A DNA stretch of 64,000 nucleotides from Octopus bimaculoides (taxonomy: Eukaryota), in contig NC_068985.1 of the NCBI RefSeq assembly GCF_001194135.2, positions 71,811,194 through 71,875,193 on the forward strand, read 5' to 3'. The position numbers and the translations under genes were made by a program. This document shows, piece by piece, positions 23,457-37,701 of this stretch (position 1 is the stretch's first letter; every line of letters starts with the position of its first letter). The notes under the pieces are model-generated. The model was not told where the DNA came from, searched no databases, and saw only the letters and a program-made list of their open reading frames with translations.

Positions 23457-24169
23457 AGAGTATCTCAACAGGCATGGTAGAGCTGCACAATATATTCACT
23501 GGGTAATATGCAAAAACCTGGACTTGCCCCATGATAAAAACTGGTGGGAACACAAACCACCCCCAGTACTTGAAAATGATCACATTGCACTCCTCTGGAA
23601 CATCACCATTCAAATTGACAGAAAGATAGACGCAAATAGGCCAGACATCATACTGAAAGACTTCAGACAAAAATCATGCCTCCTCATTGATATGACTGTC
23701 TCAATCGATATAAACGNNNNNNNNNNNNNNNNNNNNNNNNNNNNNNNNNNNNNNNNNNNNNNNNNNNNNNNNNNNNNNNNNNNNNNNNNNNNNNNNNNNN
23801 NNNNNNNNNNNNNNNNNNNNNNNNNNNNNNNNNNNNNNNNNNNNNNNNNNNNNNNNNNNNNNNNNNNNNNNNNNNNNNNNNNNNNNNNNNNNNNNNNNNN
23901 NNNNNNNNNNNNNNNNNNNNNNNNNNNNNNNNNNNTGGGAACTGCCCATATCCTACATAAAATACTGTCTATGTGATCTCAAATTTTAAAGCAAACACAT
24001 AATTTTCTTATGGTTTCTTAAACATTCACTTGAACAAAACTGTACAAATCCAAATATATGGTACCCTAGGCATAACACCTACATGAACTTCTAACTTGTT
24101 GTCTCTAGAGGTCTCTGGGTGAGACTTGGATCCAACTTGTACAAATGCAAAACAAAAGTCAAACATAAA
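23455..24169 (+). mobile_element. 5'-truncated R4/Dong-like non-LTR retrotransposon (restriction-like endonuclease C-terminus plus 3' UTR)
   Basis: YLNRHGRAAQYIHWVICK...WWEHKP..VLEND...LLWN..IQ.DRK.DANRPDII.KD...CLLIDM has the RH..A..IHW and RPD..D motifs; stop at 23976; (TAA)n on both sides; N-gap 23717-23935. Confidence 0.85.
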
Positions 24170-24789
24170 ATAATAATAATAATAATAATAATAATCGCTA
24201 TGATCATGTTGAAATTCATTCATTCAAGATTTGATTTTCCACATTTCCAACACATTTCCTATTTAATCATGGCTGGTTTGGTTGGTGATGGCAGTGATCC
24301 TGAAACTTTATCTTCTGGAGAAGGAGAGAGCAATGCTAACTAGGGTGTTATTGTTATCACCTTGTTACTAAAGGTTGGTGAGATTTGATTTCTTTAGTAG
24401 ATATTGTGAAATATCAAGTTCTTTTGTATTGGGGTCAGTTTCTGATACTAACCTTAATGTCCCCTTTCTGTTCTGGTGTCATAATAGTCACACAAAAAGG
24501 AAATATATTAACAATGACAACAACAACAACAACAACAGTAACAGTACCATAAAAGAGTGATTAATGATGCTGACACTCCTTACTTCATGTGAATAAGTAA
24601 TATTGGGTTTCAATTTAGACATACAGCTGTAAAATCCAAAGCCCTTAGAAAAGAAATTCCTTATTTGAATGGGAAAAGTTATGTCCTGACATCAAAAAAA
24701 CTTGTATGCACCTGTGTATGTAAGCATGTTAATTTTCATTGAGTGACACTGTGTGTTGTGTGTGTGTGTGTGTAGATATAGAATTGTAC

Positions 24790-25195
24790 ATCTATCTTTT
24801 ATCTTTTACTTGTTTCAGTTATTAGACTGTGGCCATGCTGGGGCACTGCCTTGAAGAGTTTCCCCGAACAAATTGACCCCAATATTGACTTATTTCTTTT
24901 TAAAGCATGATATTTATTCTATTGGTTGCTTTTGTCAAACAGCTAAGTTATGGGGATGTAAATATGCCAACAGTTGTCAAGCGATGGTGGTTGGACAAGC
25001 CCCCTACCCCCCACATAGATATACATATATACAATGGGCTTCTTTCAGTTTCCATCTACCAAATCCACTCACAAGGCTTTGTGGTTGGCCTGAAGCTATA
25101 GTAGAAGGTGCTTGCCCAAGGTGCCACACAGTGGAACTGAACCCAAAGTCATGTGGTTGTGAAGCAGGCTTCTTACCACACGGCCATGCCTGTGT
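24790..25195 (-). mobile_element. SINE family A
   Basis: tcttttacttgtttcagttattagactgtggccatgctgggg...gtggaactgaaccc...cttcttaccacacggccatgcctg. Confidence 0.85.
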
Positions 25196-26100
25196 CTATG
25201 CATTAATTCCACATGTGGGTGTATAAATACACACATATTCATTATATATTATGCATACACTCACATGCACACATGGATATCATTCATTTAACGTTTTTAT
25301 TTTGTTTTTGCTTTTGTTTTTTTACATTCTAGTATGGATTGGGTGGGGATTTTGTGACTAAATGTTCTTTCTACTGTTGACCCTTATTTGTTTTTCCAAG
25401 TAATGAAGATTTGATATTTCAGAGTTCTTTGGAAGTGTAGTGAAACTGTAGGAAGCCAAAAAAGGCTTCCTACAGTTTCCATTTACAATATTAAATCACA
25501 TGCCATTGGTCAGCTTAAGTATAGTACAAAATACTTGCCTAAAATGCTACACAGTACAGCTGCCCCTGACACCATGTGGTTGTGAAGTAAAGATTTTAAC
25601 CACACAGACATGATGGTACCTGTGTGTGCATGTGCGTGTATGTGTATTACACACATGCTCGAATAACAGTCACATTGCTTGATGCGCTTATCATCTGGAT
25701 TCTGCATTGTGGGTCTCTAGTTATTTGACTGGTTATGTTACTAATGGTTGTTGGTGAATTAACATCATACTTCAATGAACAATGAAGGTTTTCACAAATC
25801 CTCTCCTGTATTAATGTGCTGGAAATGATATTTACCAAAATGCCAATAAGTGGTTGTTACCGACTAGGGAAAAAGTTGGCACACACACACACACACACTT
25901 ATATATGTGCACACATACATATAAGGCTTACTGTTGCTATGGGCAAGAGGTTATGGAATACTTTGTATTATGCAATATTATGCTATGTACCTCTGATTCC
26001 AAATCACATCAGAAATCACTTAGTTTCTTATCGCTTTTGATTGCTAGAATAATTACTAGTGATATTCTCGATTCATCTCCATTTGTTATACTTTAGTTGT

Positions 26101-26328
26101 TTAACCCTTTAGCATTGAGATTACTCTGCCAAATGTAATGCTTCTTTATTCACATTGTTTTGAGCTAATCATACATTATCTCATAGCTTTGAAATTTTGA
26201 TGATGTGATTATATATTTTTAGTATGTCATTGTCGAGTAGATGTGAGAGGTCAAATCTGGTCAGTTTGAGCATAAAACAGGTAGAATATCTGAGCCAGAT
26301 ATAGCTGGTTTAAATGATAAAGGGTTAA
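26101..26328 (+). mobile_element. piggyBac-like MITE, intact
   Basis: TTAA-ccctttagcatt ... aatgataaaggg-TTAA; TTAA duplicated at 26101-26104 and 26325-26328. Confidence 0.85.
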
Positions 26329-26567
26329 GATATATATATATAATGGAGAAATTATACAAAATGTATAAGTAGATGATGAGTAAAGCACCGGCACAGTTTC
26401 GCTTAGCTGTTGTTATCCTTAGATTTATTGCACGAACTTCGTAGTGGCGGTTGGGGTAACAGTATTAATAAAATATATATATCTTATGTACATATATATG
26501 TATGTGTGTGTGTGTGTGTGTATGTATGTATGCATGTACGTACATGTATATATCTACTTATATGTAT

Positions 26568-26608
<41 letters not shown>

Positions 26609-27199
26609 NNNNNNNNNNNNNNNNNNNNNNNNNNNNNNNNNNNNNNNNNNNNNNNNNNNNNNNNNNNNNNNNNTATATATATATATATCTGTAAATAATT
26701 GTCACATTACAGATAAATTCCTCTATTTACATAATATCGAGGTCTCTTTCTTTCTTTTGTTGTCTTACCTTTTCTATCAATATATATATATATATATATA
26801 TGAAGAAAGTGTAAGAGTTTTTGCTGTTATGTTGACTGCATATAAATGTACATGATAGCTATTATACTCATATATGTTATCTTCAGCATGAGCGTCTTGA
26901 TTTTTAAGATGATGGTGATGATTATCATCAACTACTAACACCAGTCTTTGTATAGAGTCGATGTTTTCAACATAGAGTATTTATCTTTTATTGGTTTTAT
27001 TAAGCCCAACGCTCCACCACTCATCGGTCCATCCATATTTACAATATCTGCTTTTGAAAGCAAAGAATTTTCTTTTAGTTTCTTTGTATGACTTCTGTAG
27101 CAAGTTACTTTTTTTTTATGAGAAGAGTTTCCTAGCCCCCAGGCCCTGTTTTATGCAGGCTAAGGACTGGCTGGCTTCCTCATTTGAATGGCAATAACT

Positions 27200-27350
27200 A
27201 GGATGGGAGAGAGGAAGAGGTTGGTAGGGTGTTACATTTTATGAATACTGAAAGAATGAAAGGCAAGGTTGACCTTGGAGGGATTTGAACTCACATAGAA
27301 AGTACCAGAACAGATGCCATAAGACATTTGGCTGATGCTTTAATAATTCT
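27200..27350 (-). mobile_element. SINE family B, diverged
   Basis: gaaagaatgaaaggcaaggttgaccttggagggatttgaactcac. Confidence 0.6.
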
Positions 27351-27542
27351 GCCAATCAACTGGCTATTGTCAGCATTGTGAATTATTTCTTCTGTGAAAC
27401 CCAACATACTCAGATCTATGCCTTTTATGTCTCCAAAGAGGTCATGTAGGCTGTCCTTTCTATTTTTGGCAAAATACACTAAAAATAAGAAAGAAAAAAG
27501 GAAAATCTTCAGCAGAGTCAAGGCAGAGTCTTATCTACAATT

Positions 27543-27985
27543 ATAACCCTTTAGCATTCAGATTATTCTGTCAAATATAATGCTTATTTCTTCACATTGC
27601 TTTGAATTAATCATGCATTATCTTGTATCTTTGAGATTTTGATCATGTGATCATGTATTTCTAGATTGACACTGTAGAGTAGGTGTGATAGGCTGGACTT
27701 GGCCAATTTGAACCTAAAACTGGTAGAATATTTGGGCCTGTTATGGTCAGTTTAAACATTAACCCTTTAGTATTCAGATTACTTTGTCAAATGTAGTACT
27801 TATTTATTCACATTGCTTTGATTTAATCCTGCATATCTTGTAGCATTGAGATTTCAGCGATGTGATTGTTTAGTTTTGGAATGATATTATAGTGGGTGTG
27901 TGATAGTCCAGATCTGGCCAATCTGAACATGGAACAGGTAGAATATTTTGACTGGATATGGCCAATTTAAATGTTAAAGGGTGAA
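27543..27985 (+). mobile_element. Tandem dimer of the piggyBac-like MITE
   Basis: aaccctttagcattcag at 27545 and ttaaccctttagtattcag at 27759; the first copy lacks its right TIR. Confidence 0.8.
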
Positions 27986-28162
27986 AAGGATAAACATAGC
28001 CATAACAGCAGAAGTTTCACAGTCACAGCCATAAATATGACCTCATGGCTCCTTAAATGCAATCCTAATAAATTCATGGGTCATAATTTTGGCCATCACA
28101 CAGCCACAACTACTACTGCAATGATAGTATAACTACAGCCAAGTACAACTACAAGTACAACT

Positions 28163-28339
28163 AGGCACAGACATGGCTCTGTGGTAAGAAGCTTGCTTCC
28201 CAGCCACATGGTTCTGGGTTCAGTCTTACTGTGTGGCACCTTGAGCAAGTATCTTCTACTTTAGTATCAGGCTGACCAAAGCCTTGTGAGAGGATTTGGT
28301 AGGCAGAAACAGAAAGAAGTTTGTCATATATATGTATCT

Positions 28340-28377
<38 letters not shown>

Positions 28378-28615
28378 ATATGGATGTATGTGTTGTGTGT
28401 CTTTGTGTCTATATTTGTCCTCTCACCACCATGTGAGAACTGGTGTTAGCGTGTTTATGTTACTGTAACCTAGCAGTTTGGCAAAAGAGACCGATAGATT
28501 AAGTACCAAATTTAAAAAAAAAAAAAATCCTGAGGTTGATTTGTTTGACTAAAACACTTCAAAGCTGTGCTCCAGCATGACTGCAGTCAAGTGACCGAAA
28601 CAAGTAAAATCTAAA
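28163..28615 (+). mobile_element. SINE family A
   Basis: ggcacagacatggctctgtggtaagaagcttgcttccc...ctccagcatgactgcagtcaagtgaccgaaacaagtaaaa. Confidence 0.85.
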
Positions 28616-29199
28616 ACATTAAACATACAACCACAGCCACAATTACCATGGAGATAACAACCATGTCCATAGTTACTGCCAGTAATTGAAGATCAATCAC
28701 CCTTTGACCCTTCAGACGGATAAATCAAGCAAGCAAGTAGTTCAGTATTTTAAGCCAGCCTGCAGTAAGTCACTTGGCTGCGGGGTTTTAGCTGGTGATA
28801 GATGGTCATTGAAGTGGTGGACTGATTAGTAATTTGTAGTTAATAGCTCTGATTCTATCAGCTGACCCAAAAGCGGTTTGTCTGAAATAGCTGTGATGAT
28901 AAACTTCAAACTTGATAAATTCCTTCATCCCTGATTTACTTTTCATTTTTGAGCCAAGAAAGGAAAGAAGCCAACAAACGGCCTCTGTGTGGTCTCTCAA
29001 TTTGCTAGAAATAGGAACCATTTTTTTGGTGCTTTTTTTTAAAGGCTACAGTGAATAATATGGTCCCTGGGCTTCTATATTGAAAGAGGAGATGGTCATG
29101 ATTGGAACGCGTTTGGTGCTAAGTCTTTTCCCTCTGAGCTGACCTGGGGTGCAGCAACAATAACTCCTGTTTTGTAATCAAACACATGTGTGTGCATGT

Positions 29200-29246
<47 letters not shown>

Positions 29247-29672
29247 CACATGCACACATTGTTGGAAGATTTTCACATAATTAGCTGTCAGCTTGGCCAA
29301 GTCTTCTTGATTTCTTGGCAGATAGCATTGGCTCTGACTCCACTTTATCTCACTCTGTATGTTTGTGGAGGAGGGTTCAATATGTGCTGGTCAATGTGAG
29401 CATTTGTTTAGCTATGTGTGTGTACGTGTGTGTGTGTGTCTTGATGTGTGGTTATCAATTTGAGCTATTTACTTATGTGTAAGTATGTATATGTATGAGT
29501 TTCTACGTGTTAATATGTGATTAATCTTAGAGGGTGTATTTAGTTATGTTAGTTCATCGCTGTGACTGATAATGTGTGTGTATGTGCGTGTATATTTGTA
29601 TTTATGTAATATGTAGTGATTAATGCTTGCTCTCTTTGGTTTTCTGTGTGTGCTTCCATGTACGCTTGCATT

Positions 29673-29708
<36 letters not shown>

Positions 29709-30759
29709 CTACACAGATTAGTTGTAGGAATTTGTTAACTGGTCATTAATGCATGTGTATTTTTAGTGCTGTGTATGTTTGTGCATGTGGGAGAGAGATG
29801 AGGGAAGAGAGAGAGAGAGAGAGGGTGAGAGAAAGAGGGAGCCACATGTATATGTGTGAATGTGTATTGCTAATAAGTAATGATTAGCAAGTATCTATCT
29901 TTGAATCTGTTTGTACATGTGAGTGATCTACATGTTAAGGATATGTGTGCTTGTAGAGTGCACAATACTTAAAGTGTAATTTAATGAATGAGATTGTCAT
30001 CATTGAAACTGATATAGAATTCATTTGTTTTTACATACATTCTGCATTGACCTTTGCTTCAGCGGTTTGTTATTGTGCATGATGCATATAACCACGTGTT
30101 ATATTTATCTGTATCTATATATGTGTGTTTATACATATATGTTTGTTCATATGTATATATTTTTATGTTTATGTGTATATATATTTCTATATATATAATG
30201 AGTATGCATGTATTTCATACACACACACACACACACACATACACATATTTATAAATTATATAAATATCATCATTATCCTTTTAATACCCGTTTTCCATAC
30301 TGGCAAGCGTTGAATGGTTTGACCAGAGCTAGCAAGCTAGAGAGCTGCACCACGTTCCAGTCTGATTTGGTTTTGGTTTTTGGTTTTCTACAGTTGGATG
30401 CACTTCCTAATGCCAACCACTTTACAATGTGTGCTAGATGCTTCTAATGTGTCACCATATGTATGTCATCATCATCATCATCATCATCATCATTCAAGAG
30501 CATCTTCCAAGCTGACATGTGTTGGCTGGTTTAAGAGCATTTCATGAATCAATGGACTGTCATTTTTCAACGAATGCTTTGGCATGATTTCTACAGCTGA
30601 TGCCCTTCTTAATCCCACTCACTGGGTACTTGTTTGCATGACATTAGTGAGGTCACTGTAAGACTAAAGAGTCCCTTCAAATAGGAGTGAGTTTAGTACA
30701 ACGGGTGGTGGTTTTTTGCTCAGTGTTGGAAGGTTAAAGATTGAAAGGAGGAACAAGAG

Positions 30760-32620
30760 TGAGAGATTTCTTTTGTTCTCTGCATTTTTCCAGTCGCTGT
30801 CTTGCACAGAATATCATGTCAATTGTTCCTTTAGTGGTTTGAAACCTACACTGCAATTCTGAGATGACTATGTGATAGTTTTCAGTATTCTGGTGAGGAT
30901 TTTTCCTTAGGATGGAGAGGAGGGATAAACCACATTAGTTTCCACAATTGCTGTGACCTTCTTATGGGCCACTATTTTGGGATGTTGTTTGGACCAGGTG
31001 ACTTCCTTGGTTTCATGTTTTTGGTGGCATTGCTCTAAATCCATGAAAAATAGAAGGTTCAGCATCCCACAGTTAAGCAAGATGTTAAGGCATTGATCTA
31101 AGAAAATCTGCTGTTGTAGTGGAGTTCTTATTTGGGAGAGAGCTGAAGTATTCCTTCAGGATGCTTTTGATATCAGTGAGAAAGTTGATGTTGTTGATAA
31201 TCTTCAAAGTACCCATTGATGTTCAGACTGGGCCCCGTAGATCTTTGATGCTCAGATTGGGCACCATAGTTCTTTGATATCAGATTGGACCCATAGTTCA
31301 TTGATGCAAGTGCAGAAATGTTGGTCCCTGGAGTCTATATATTGTTAAAGTGCAATAACCTTTTCTATCCACCAATTGTTTTGAATCCCTGTCATCCATG
31401 TGTGTCAAATCTGCTTGAGATTTTCAAAGTATTTTTTCTTCATTGTTTTCATCGAACTAATCTTGGTTCTTCCATTCTGTGAAGCCATTGCTGCTCTCAG
31501 CTGCTTGTTGGATAATGTTCTGGATTGTTGTCCTCTTTTCATTGGTTTCTTTGGTGCCAACTTGTCTTTGGTGTATTCTTGAAATTTTTACAGTTCAGTC
31601 TTTAAGTTTGCATTTGATTAACTTTATTCTTGACTGACACTTGAAGTGGATTGGTGGTTTGCAATAAACAGAAATTCTGAGTTAGCTGATGAAGAAATTT
31701 CGGTAATACTTTGGAAAGAATGGTGTTCAGCTGCTGGTAGAATTGGTTCTTAGTGTCTTCATCATAAAGGCTATGATTATGAATACCAAAATATGGAAGA
31801 ACATGGCAAAAGACTGTTCCTGCTGGAGATAGACGCTGATTACTGCCCTGAGAGAAGGAGAGGATCACATACATCAGACAGCAGAAGACAGACAGAGATG
31901 CAGGAAGACTGAACCACCAACAAACGACTGACCAACCAACTACATTTTTGACTGTTGCAGCCATGACTGTCACTCACATGTTGGCCTTGTCAGTCACAAG
32001 TGATGCTGCAACACCAATCCAATCCAAGGCGCAGATCCATAGTCCTTCGAGACTAACTGGTGCCAATCAGTATCTTCATCAACATCGAGAGTGGGTGCAT
32101 AAGTGGAGATGAAAGAGATGAAGAGTTGTGAGTCTTTCATTGAAGATTGTTGGAATGAGTCGATAGTCCTTTACCAGCTGTATTCTCACAGTGAATCCAA
32201 TTTTAAGAAAACAATGTTCTCCTTTTTCTTTTTCTTTCCCAATAATCTCAACTTAATTCTTCATTTTGCCTTCTCCTGAAAATCTTGTCTCACTCAGGCA
32301 GCAATGTTGACATTCAATCTCACCAGTTTTTGAGCTACAAGGACTATTTTTTCTAGTTGGTTGTCATTTTCTTTTAGATTGAGCTAAGTAATGGCATTTC
32401 ATGTTCCAACAACCATAATAGTAGGACCATTGAGATATTTCTTGATATTTTGACTACATTTGAGGTAACTCACTAGGTTGTGTTTCTCAGCCAAGTTTGA
32501 AGTGACTTCTGATATTTAATCCACATTTTTTAGGGTTTTTCCTATCTTGAGTGGGCAGTGGCACTCCTAAATAACACTGCCCAGAAGCAGAAGCAGGACT
32601 GGATTTCTGAGTAGTCACAG
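30760..32620 (-). mobile_element. RTE (BovB-like) LINE, decayed endonuclease through start of RT
   Basis: Minus frames read RLNVNIAA/ETRFSGEG (about 32260-32330), ISTYAPTLDVDED (about 32070-32120), YDEDTKNQFYQQL, and ELQCRFQTTKGTIDMIFCARQRLEKCREQK (about 30770-30870). Confidence 0.8.
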
Positions 32621-33832
32621 GTTCCAGAAAGGTGGCCATTATATATCTGCCACCAACAAGTTGATTCTCCCAGTTTCAGTTTCATCACATCCTTCTTTCT
32701 CATTCATATACCATTGCTGTTGGGTTTCCTACAGGAAAATGAAAGATGAGAAAACATCTGTGAAGGAATACCACTGGTATGGTTTTGAGAAGAGTGGATC
32801 CTGACTTGCCACTGTGGTCTTGAAGACATCTTTTGTGGAATATCTTAAATGTGACATGCAGGGTCATGCAATGAAACTGCAATGGACGGCTGTCAGCTCA
32901 GGTATTGCTTGAACTGTGCCTTCATGGTTTGTCTAGCTGGCATTGCCCTCTTCAGCTAGTTCAACTGTTGAGATCATAAGTCTTTATTTGCTTATTCTGC
33001 TATTAGGAGATTTGGTTATTTTTCTTCAGGTATGCCTTTCTAGATCCTTGTTGTATTTGGATTGCAAGAGCACATTAAACAAACCATCAGTTAATTAGTT
33101 GATTAGATATTTAATCTGTTGGCTAACAGTTAAGAAGTGGAATTGATCATGTGTGTGTGTTATTATTATTATTGGCGTTATGACTCTCCTGAGGCACCAC
33201 AAAATATGCCTTTCTAGATCTGCCCAGATGAGTGAGAACAGGTTTGTCTCACAAAGGTATTTGTTGGGATGGCTTTGCCACTAAATCAGAGGTTCTGGTC
33301 TTTCCCTATCATAATTGATCATCTAGGTGTGTGTGTGTTTGTGTGTGTGTGTAAAGGAGGGAGACAAAGAAAGAAACTGACAAACAGGTTTGATAGATAT
33401 ATGGAGGTACATAGACAGAAATCATTTGTAGGATAGCATCAACATTGTGTTGGTTAATGTGTTTGATAAAAGAAAATTAATAAACTCTACAGGCGGTCCT
33501 TCCATGCATGGATAACCATGCCAAGTCTACTCCTTAACTTCCAGTACATAGCACATTGACAACCCTTTCTTTCTGTATAGTTCTCCTCCCCATCAGCTTT
33601 GCAGATTTCTTTATTTACTTTAGTTCTTCCCCCTATAGGCAATAAGTGGGTAGAATAAGTCTTATTTCATTTTTTATTTTGCATTATTTTATTTTATATT
33701 TTCTTTCATTCAGGAAACAATACATTTTTCATTACCTTTCCCCCATGTTACCTGCATAGAGTTTTTTCTAGAATATCTCTCCCACCTCTCTACCAGCTGG
33801 ATACACTTGTAGTTCCTAACAAGGTTTCAGTT

Positions 33833-33891
<59 letters not shown>

Positions 33892-33980
33892 NNNNNNNNN
33901 NNNNNNNNNNNNNNNNNNNNNNNNNNNNNNNNNNNNNNNNNNNNNNNNNNNNNNNNNNNNNNNNNNNNNNNNNNNNNNNN

Positions 33981-34033
<53 letters not shown>

Positions 34034-34569
34034 GCTGTTTCTTTCTTTCCATGCTGCTTGAACTTATTAAAAAGAGAAATGATCCATAGGTAACATGTAC
34101 ATACTTATACATAAGTGTGTATGCATTTATGCATAGATTTCTCACTATATGTGTGCATTATGTATCTATGTATGTACTCCCTAGGAGAGTGAATTTCTGA
34201 TAGCGTGACCACCCACTGTTTATAATTTATTACTCCATCTTCTGTATTCTTCCCTCCTTATTATATTTAACAGGCTAATCTGTTATAAAGCCAGTATATC
34301 TAGTTTAATATTACTTTTGTAAATTGGCCTGAGGAAATGATTTGTGGAACTTTCATCTCATATCATATGGATTTACATAATTTATATCCATACCAGTTAT
34401 GTTATTTGATGTAAAACTTACTATTCTGCTGGTTATTGAAACAATAGTAGCTGATTTAAAATTGTGATACCATCATGTTTATCTTTTTGTTTGTTTATAA
34501 TGTGTGTGTGTGTGTATTTGCGGGTTCTACTAATGCAAAAAGAAGGTATGAATGTTGTTTATTGACTGA

Positions 34570-35230
34570 CACAGGTCATTGAAATAGTACATGCTAGTGG
34601 AGTATTTCTTCCTTCCTCTACACAAAAATACTACTCAACCTAGTCTCCATCACAAGCGACACATTGGCACCATAGTTGAATCCAACTCTCAAATCCTCTG
34701 TGAAAATGTTCGGGTGTACCCACTTCTTTGCAGCCACTTTCACCTCTGTGACAGTTATCAGATCGTTTTTCCCAAAGACTGTCCATTATCGGATCGAATT
34801 GGTGGAAGTCTTTGAAAAACTTCAGGTGTTTACTCTTATACCCACTTCATCACAGCCATTTTTGTCTCATTTGTGTCATCAAATTGTCTCTGAAGACTGC
34901 TTAATTGGGCTGAATAGATGGAAATCAGAAGGCATCAGATCTTGGCTGTGTAGTGAATGAAAGACCACTCCAATCTACCGATTGCCTGATTTGTTGCCAA
35001 AGGCATGTGTAGTCATGCATTGTTATCGTCAATGTGGATCAAGTTTATACTATTGTTCTGTCACGTCTTCCAATTCCCTAAGCATTCTGAGTGTCTCAAT
35101 GTACCACTCACTAATCATGATAAAGTCATGTTCCATAAAAAAAAAATAAATAAAATTAAAAAAACCCACTATGACTTTCTGTGCTAATTGTGGGTTCTTG
35201 GACTTCTTAGAAATTGGTGTGATGCTATTC
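34570..35230 (-). mobile_element. mariner-like transposase remnant with a duplicated C-terminal segment
   Basis: Minus frames read QKVIVG, HIDDNNA, DLMPSDFHLFSPIK, FDDTNETKMAVMKW, then a second EVKVAAKKW...FTEGFESWIQLWCQCVACDGD. Confidence 0.7.
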
Positions 35231-35458
35231 TATGAATTGAGCCTTCATTTTCAGATTGTAAAGATATAGTGAGCAAATCTTACTCCAGTCACACCATACT
35301 GTATTAGAAAGGAAAGAAGAACTTTAGATAATATATAATATAGTTCTAGATACTTGAACAGGAAACAACTTTAATAATACTAGACAATGAGGGAAGTAGT
35401 CCATTGTTACTTGAGCTACTTAAAATTCTTCATTTTACATTCTATTATTGAAACCACA

Positions 35459-35497
<39 letters not shown>

Positions 35498-37366
35498 TAT
35501 CTCTCTCTCTCACTGGATAATGTTGTCCTTGGAAACACAAGGCTTCCTGACTTCAGTACTAAAACTGCTCAGTTAAAGTTGACCCGGGGAATAAACAAAG
35601 GAAGCCTCTACACAGTCACTTAGACACTAGATCTAGCAACCAAATCTCCCTTAGTTAACATTCCCTTTGTCTTGGTATTCATTCCACTTATTACAAAGTT
35701 AGCTTGGTTCTTGATATTGGTTCATCTAAGATACTGTTCCAATACGTTACTATGTTTAGAACTGGAGACCTATCTCTGTGAGCATGGTCCTAAAGAAGGC
35801 TAGTGATAGGCTGCAGAATCTGAACTCAAAATACAAAGAGTTGAAACAGTAAGCTCATCAAGTTGAAAATAAGAAATAAAAATTTTAAAAAAAGCATACT
35901 GCAACACCTCTTATCCAACATTCAAACATTTCTACCTACACACTCCCCTGGACTGGTGCTTTATTATCAGCCTCCAAAAAGATGAAAGGTAAAGATAATT
36001 TTTTAAGTGTGCAGATAACTAGAACAAATACTCAAGGCATTCTGTCACTCTATTTTTGAGTTAGGTGCTGAGATTATCAGCCTCTCTTTGTCAAACAGCT
36101 AAGTTACACTTTGATTTTGATAGGCCATATCTAACTTAATAGCACCACCTGGTACATAAAAGCAGAGTATTTTTCAAATTGTGTCAACAGAACAATAGAC
36201 AGATACATATCTACATATGAACACTTTCTATCTACCAATTTCATTAATGTTGGTGCCATATTAAAATACAGTCAGTACATCCATAAAGTACTTGAAATAA
36301 GAGATGGAGAGAAACTTGAGTTTTGTCTAAGACAAGACAACTTCTCTGATGTTGGTGCCATGCTGATAAAATGCACCCAATGCACTCTGGCTGGTGTTAG
36401 AAATGGCACCCAATAGTAGAAATCAAACCAAAATGGAGCATTCAAATGAAAAGTGTTTCTCCAAGCCTTCCTAGTAATAACTCTGAATAAGAATGGACTT
36501 GTGCTATGATAATCTGTTCAATCTATACCTGCATGGAAAGTAGATGTAAAATGAAAATGATGTGTGTCTGTGTGGTAGTGAGCATGAATTGGTATTTGTG
36601 TATATATGAGTCATTTGTATGTATGCATGTAGAAGTGTAGAAGTGTGCTTTTCAATGGACATGTATGTATGCACATTTCTGTGTATGCATGTGCATATGT
36701 GTGTCTCTGTTTGATTATATGAATGTGTGTGCATTTGATTATATAACTGTGTGTAAGCATCTATATTTGATTATATACATGTGCATGTGTGTGTGTTTGC
36801 ACTTAGGCATACACTGGAGAGTACACATTGCAGTCTAACTCTAACATACACTTAAAGCCTGACCCAAACCCAAACCCTAGCAGCATATATGATTAATACA
36901 ACTCCCCTCCTGTCTATCTCACCCTACAGTAATTGCCAGTAATAGACTACTTGTAATATTTCCTTTGTTCTGGCAACTTCTTCCGGAGTAAAATCTGTTC
37001 TGGAAGCTGTGATGTCATTCTAGCAAGAAATCTAAAACCTTTAAGTATTTTCTGCTGACTTTTTCTTTCTGGCTTTCAATCGCTGCTATTTTATATCCCT
37101 CTCCAAACCTAATCCTATCCCTCGTCAACTCCCACTCATGAACACCCCCACCCCCACCCCATCACATACCACTAACCATAACCCTTCCTCTAGCTCCAGA
37201 TGGTTTTTGCTGTTTTGCTCTAGTTTTGGGGTTTTAGCTCCTTTTTCTTTAAATATTTTAATGTTTCAAAACTTAACTTTTTCAATTAGTTTTATTTTAT
37301 TTTATTTTATGATTATATTCATTTGTTGACTCAGTTCAGCAATTATGACTCCGTGTGTGTGAGTGT

Positions 37367-37427
<61 letters not shown>

Positions 37428-37539
37428 GGTGTATATGTGTTTAGAAGCCTTCCTACACATACAGTACATACATCTATATACATACACAGGTGTATGTGTG
37501 TGTATGTATAGATACGTGTGTGTGTATGTACTTGTAATG

Positions 37540-37582
<43 letters not shown>

Positions 37583-37603
37583 ATATATATATATATATAT
37601 GGA

Positions 37604-37634
<31 letters not shown>

Positions 37635-37643
37635 ACATATATA

Positions 37644-37701
<58 letters not shown>

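Noticed and set aside
22715-24196. The Dong-like element as the mobiliser of SINE B
   Set aside because: Tail polarity is opposite and no shared 3' sequence is visible.
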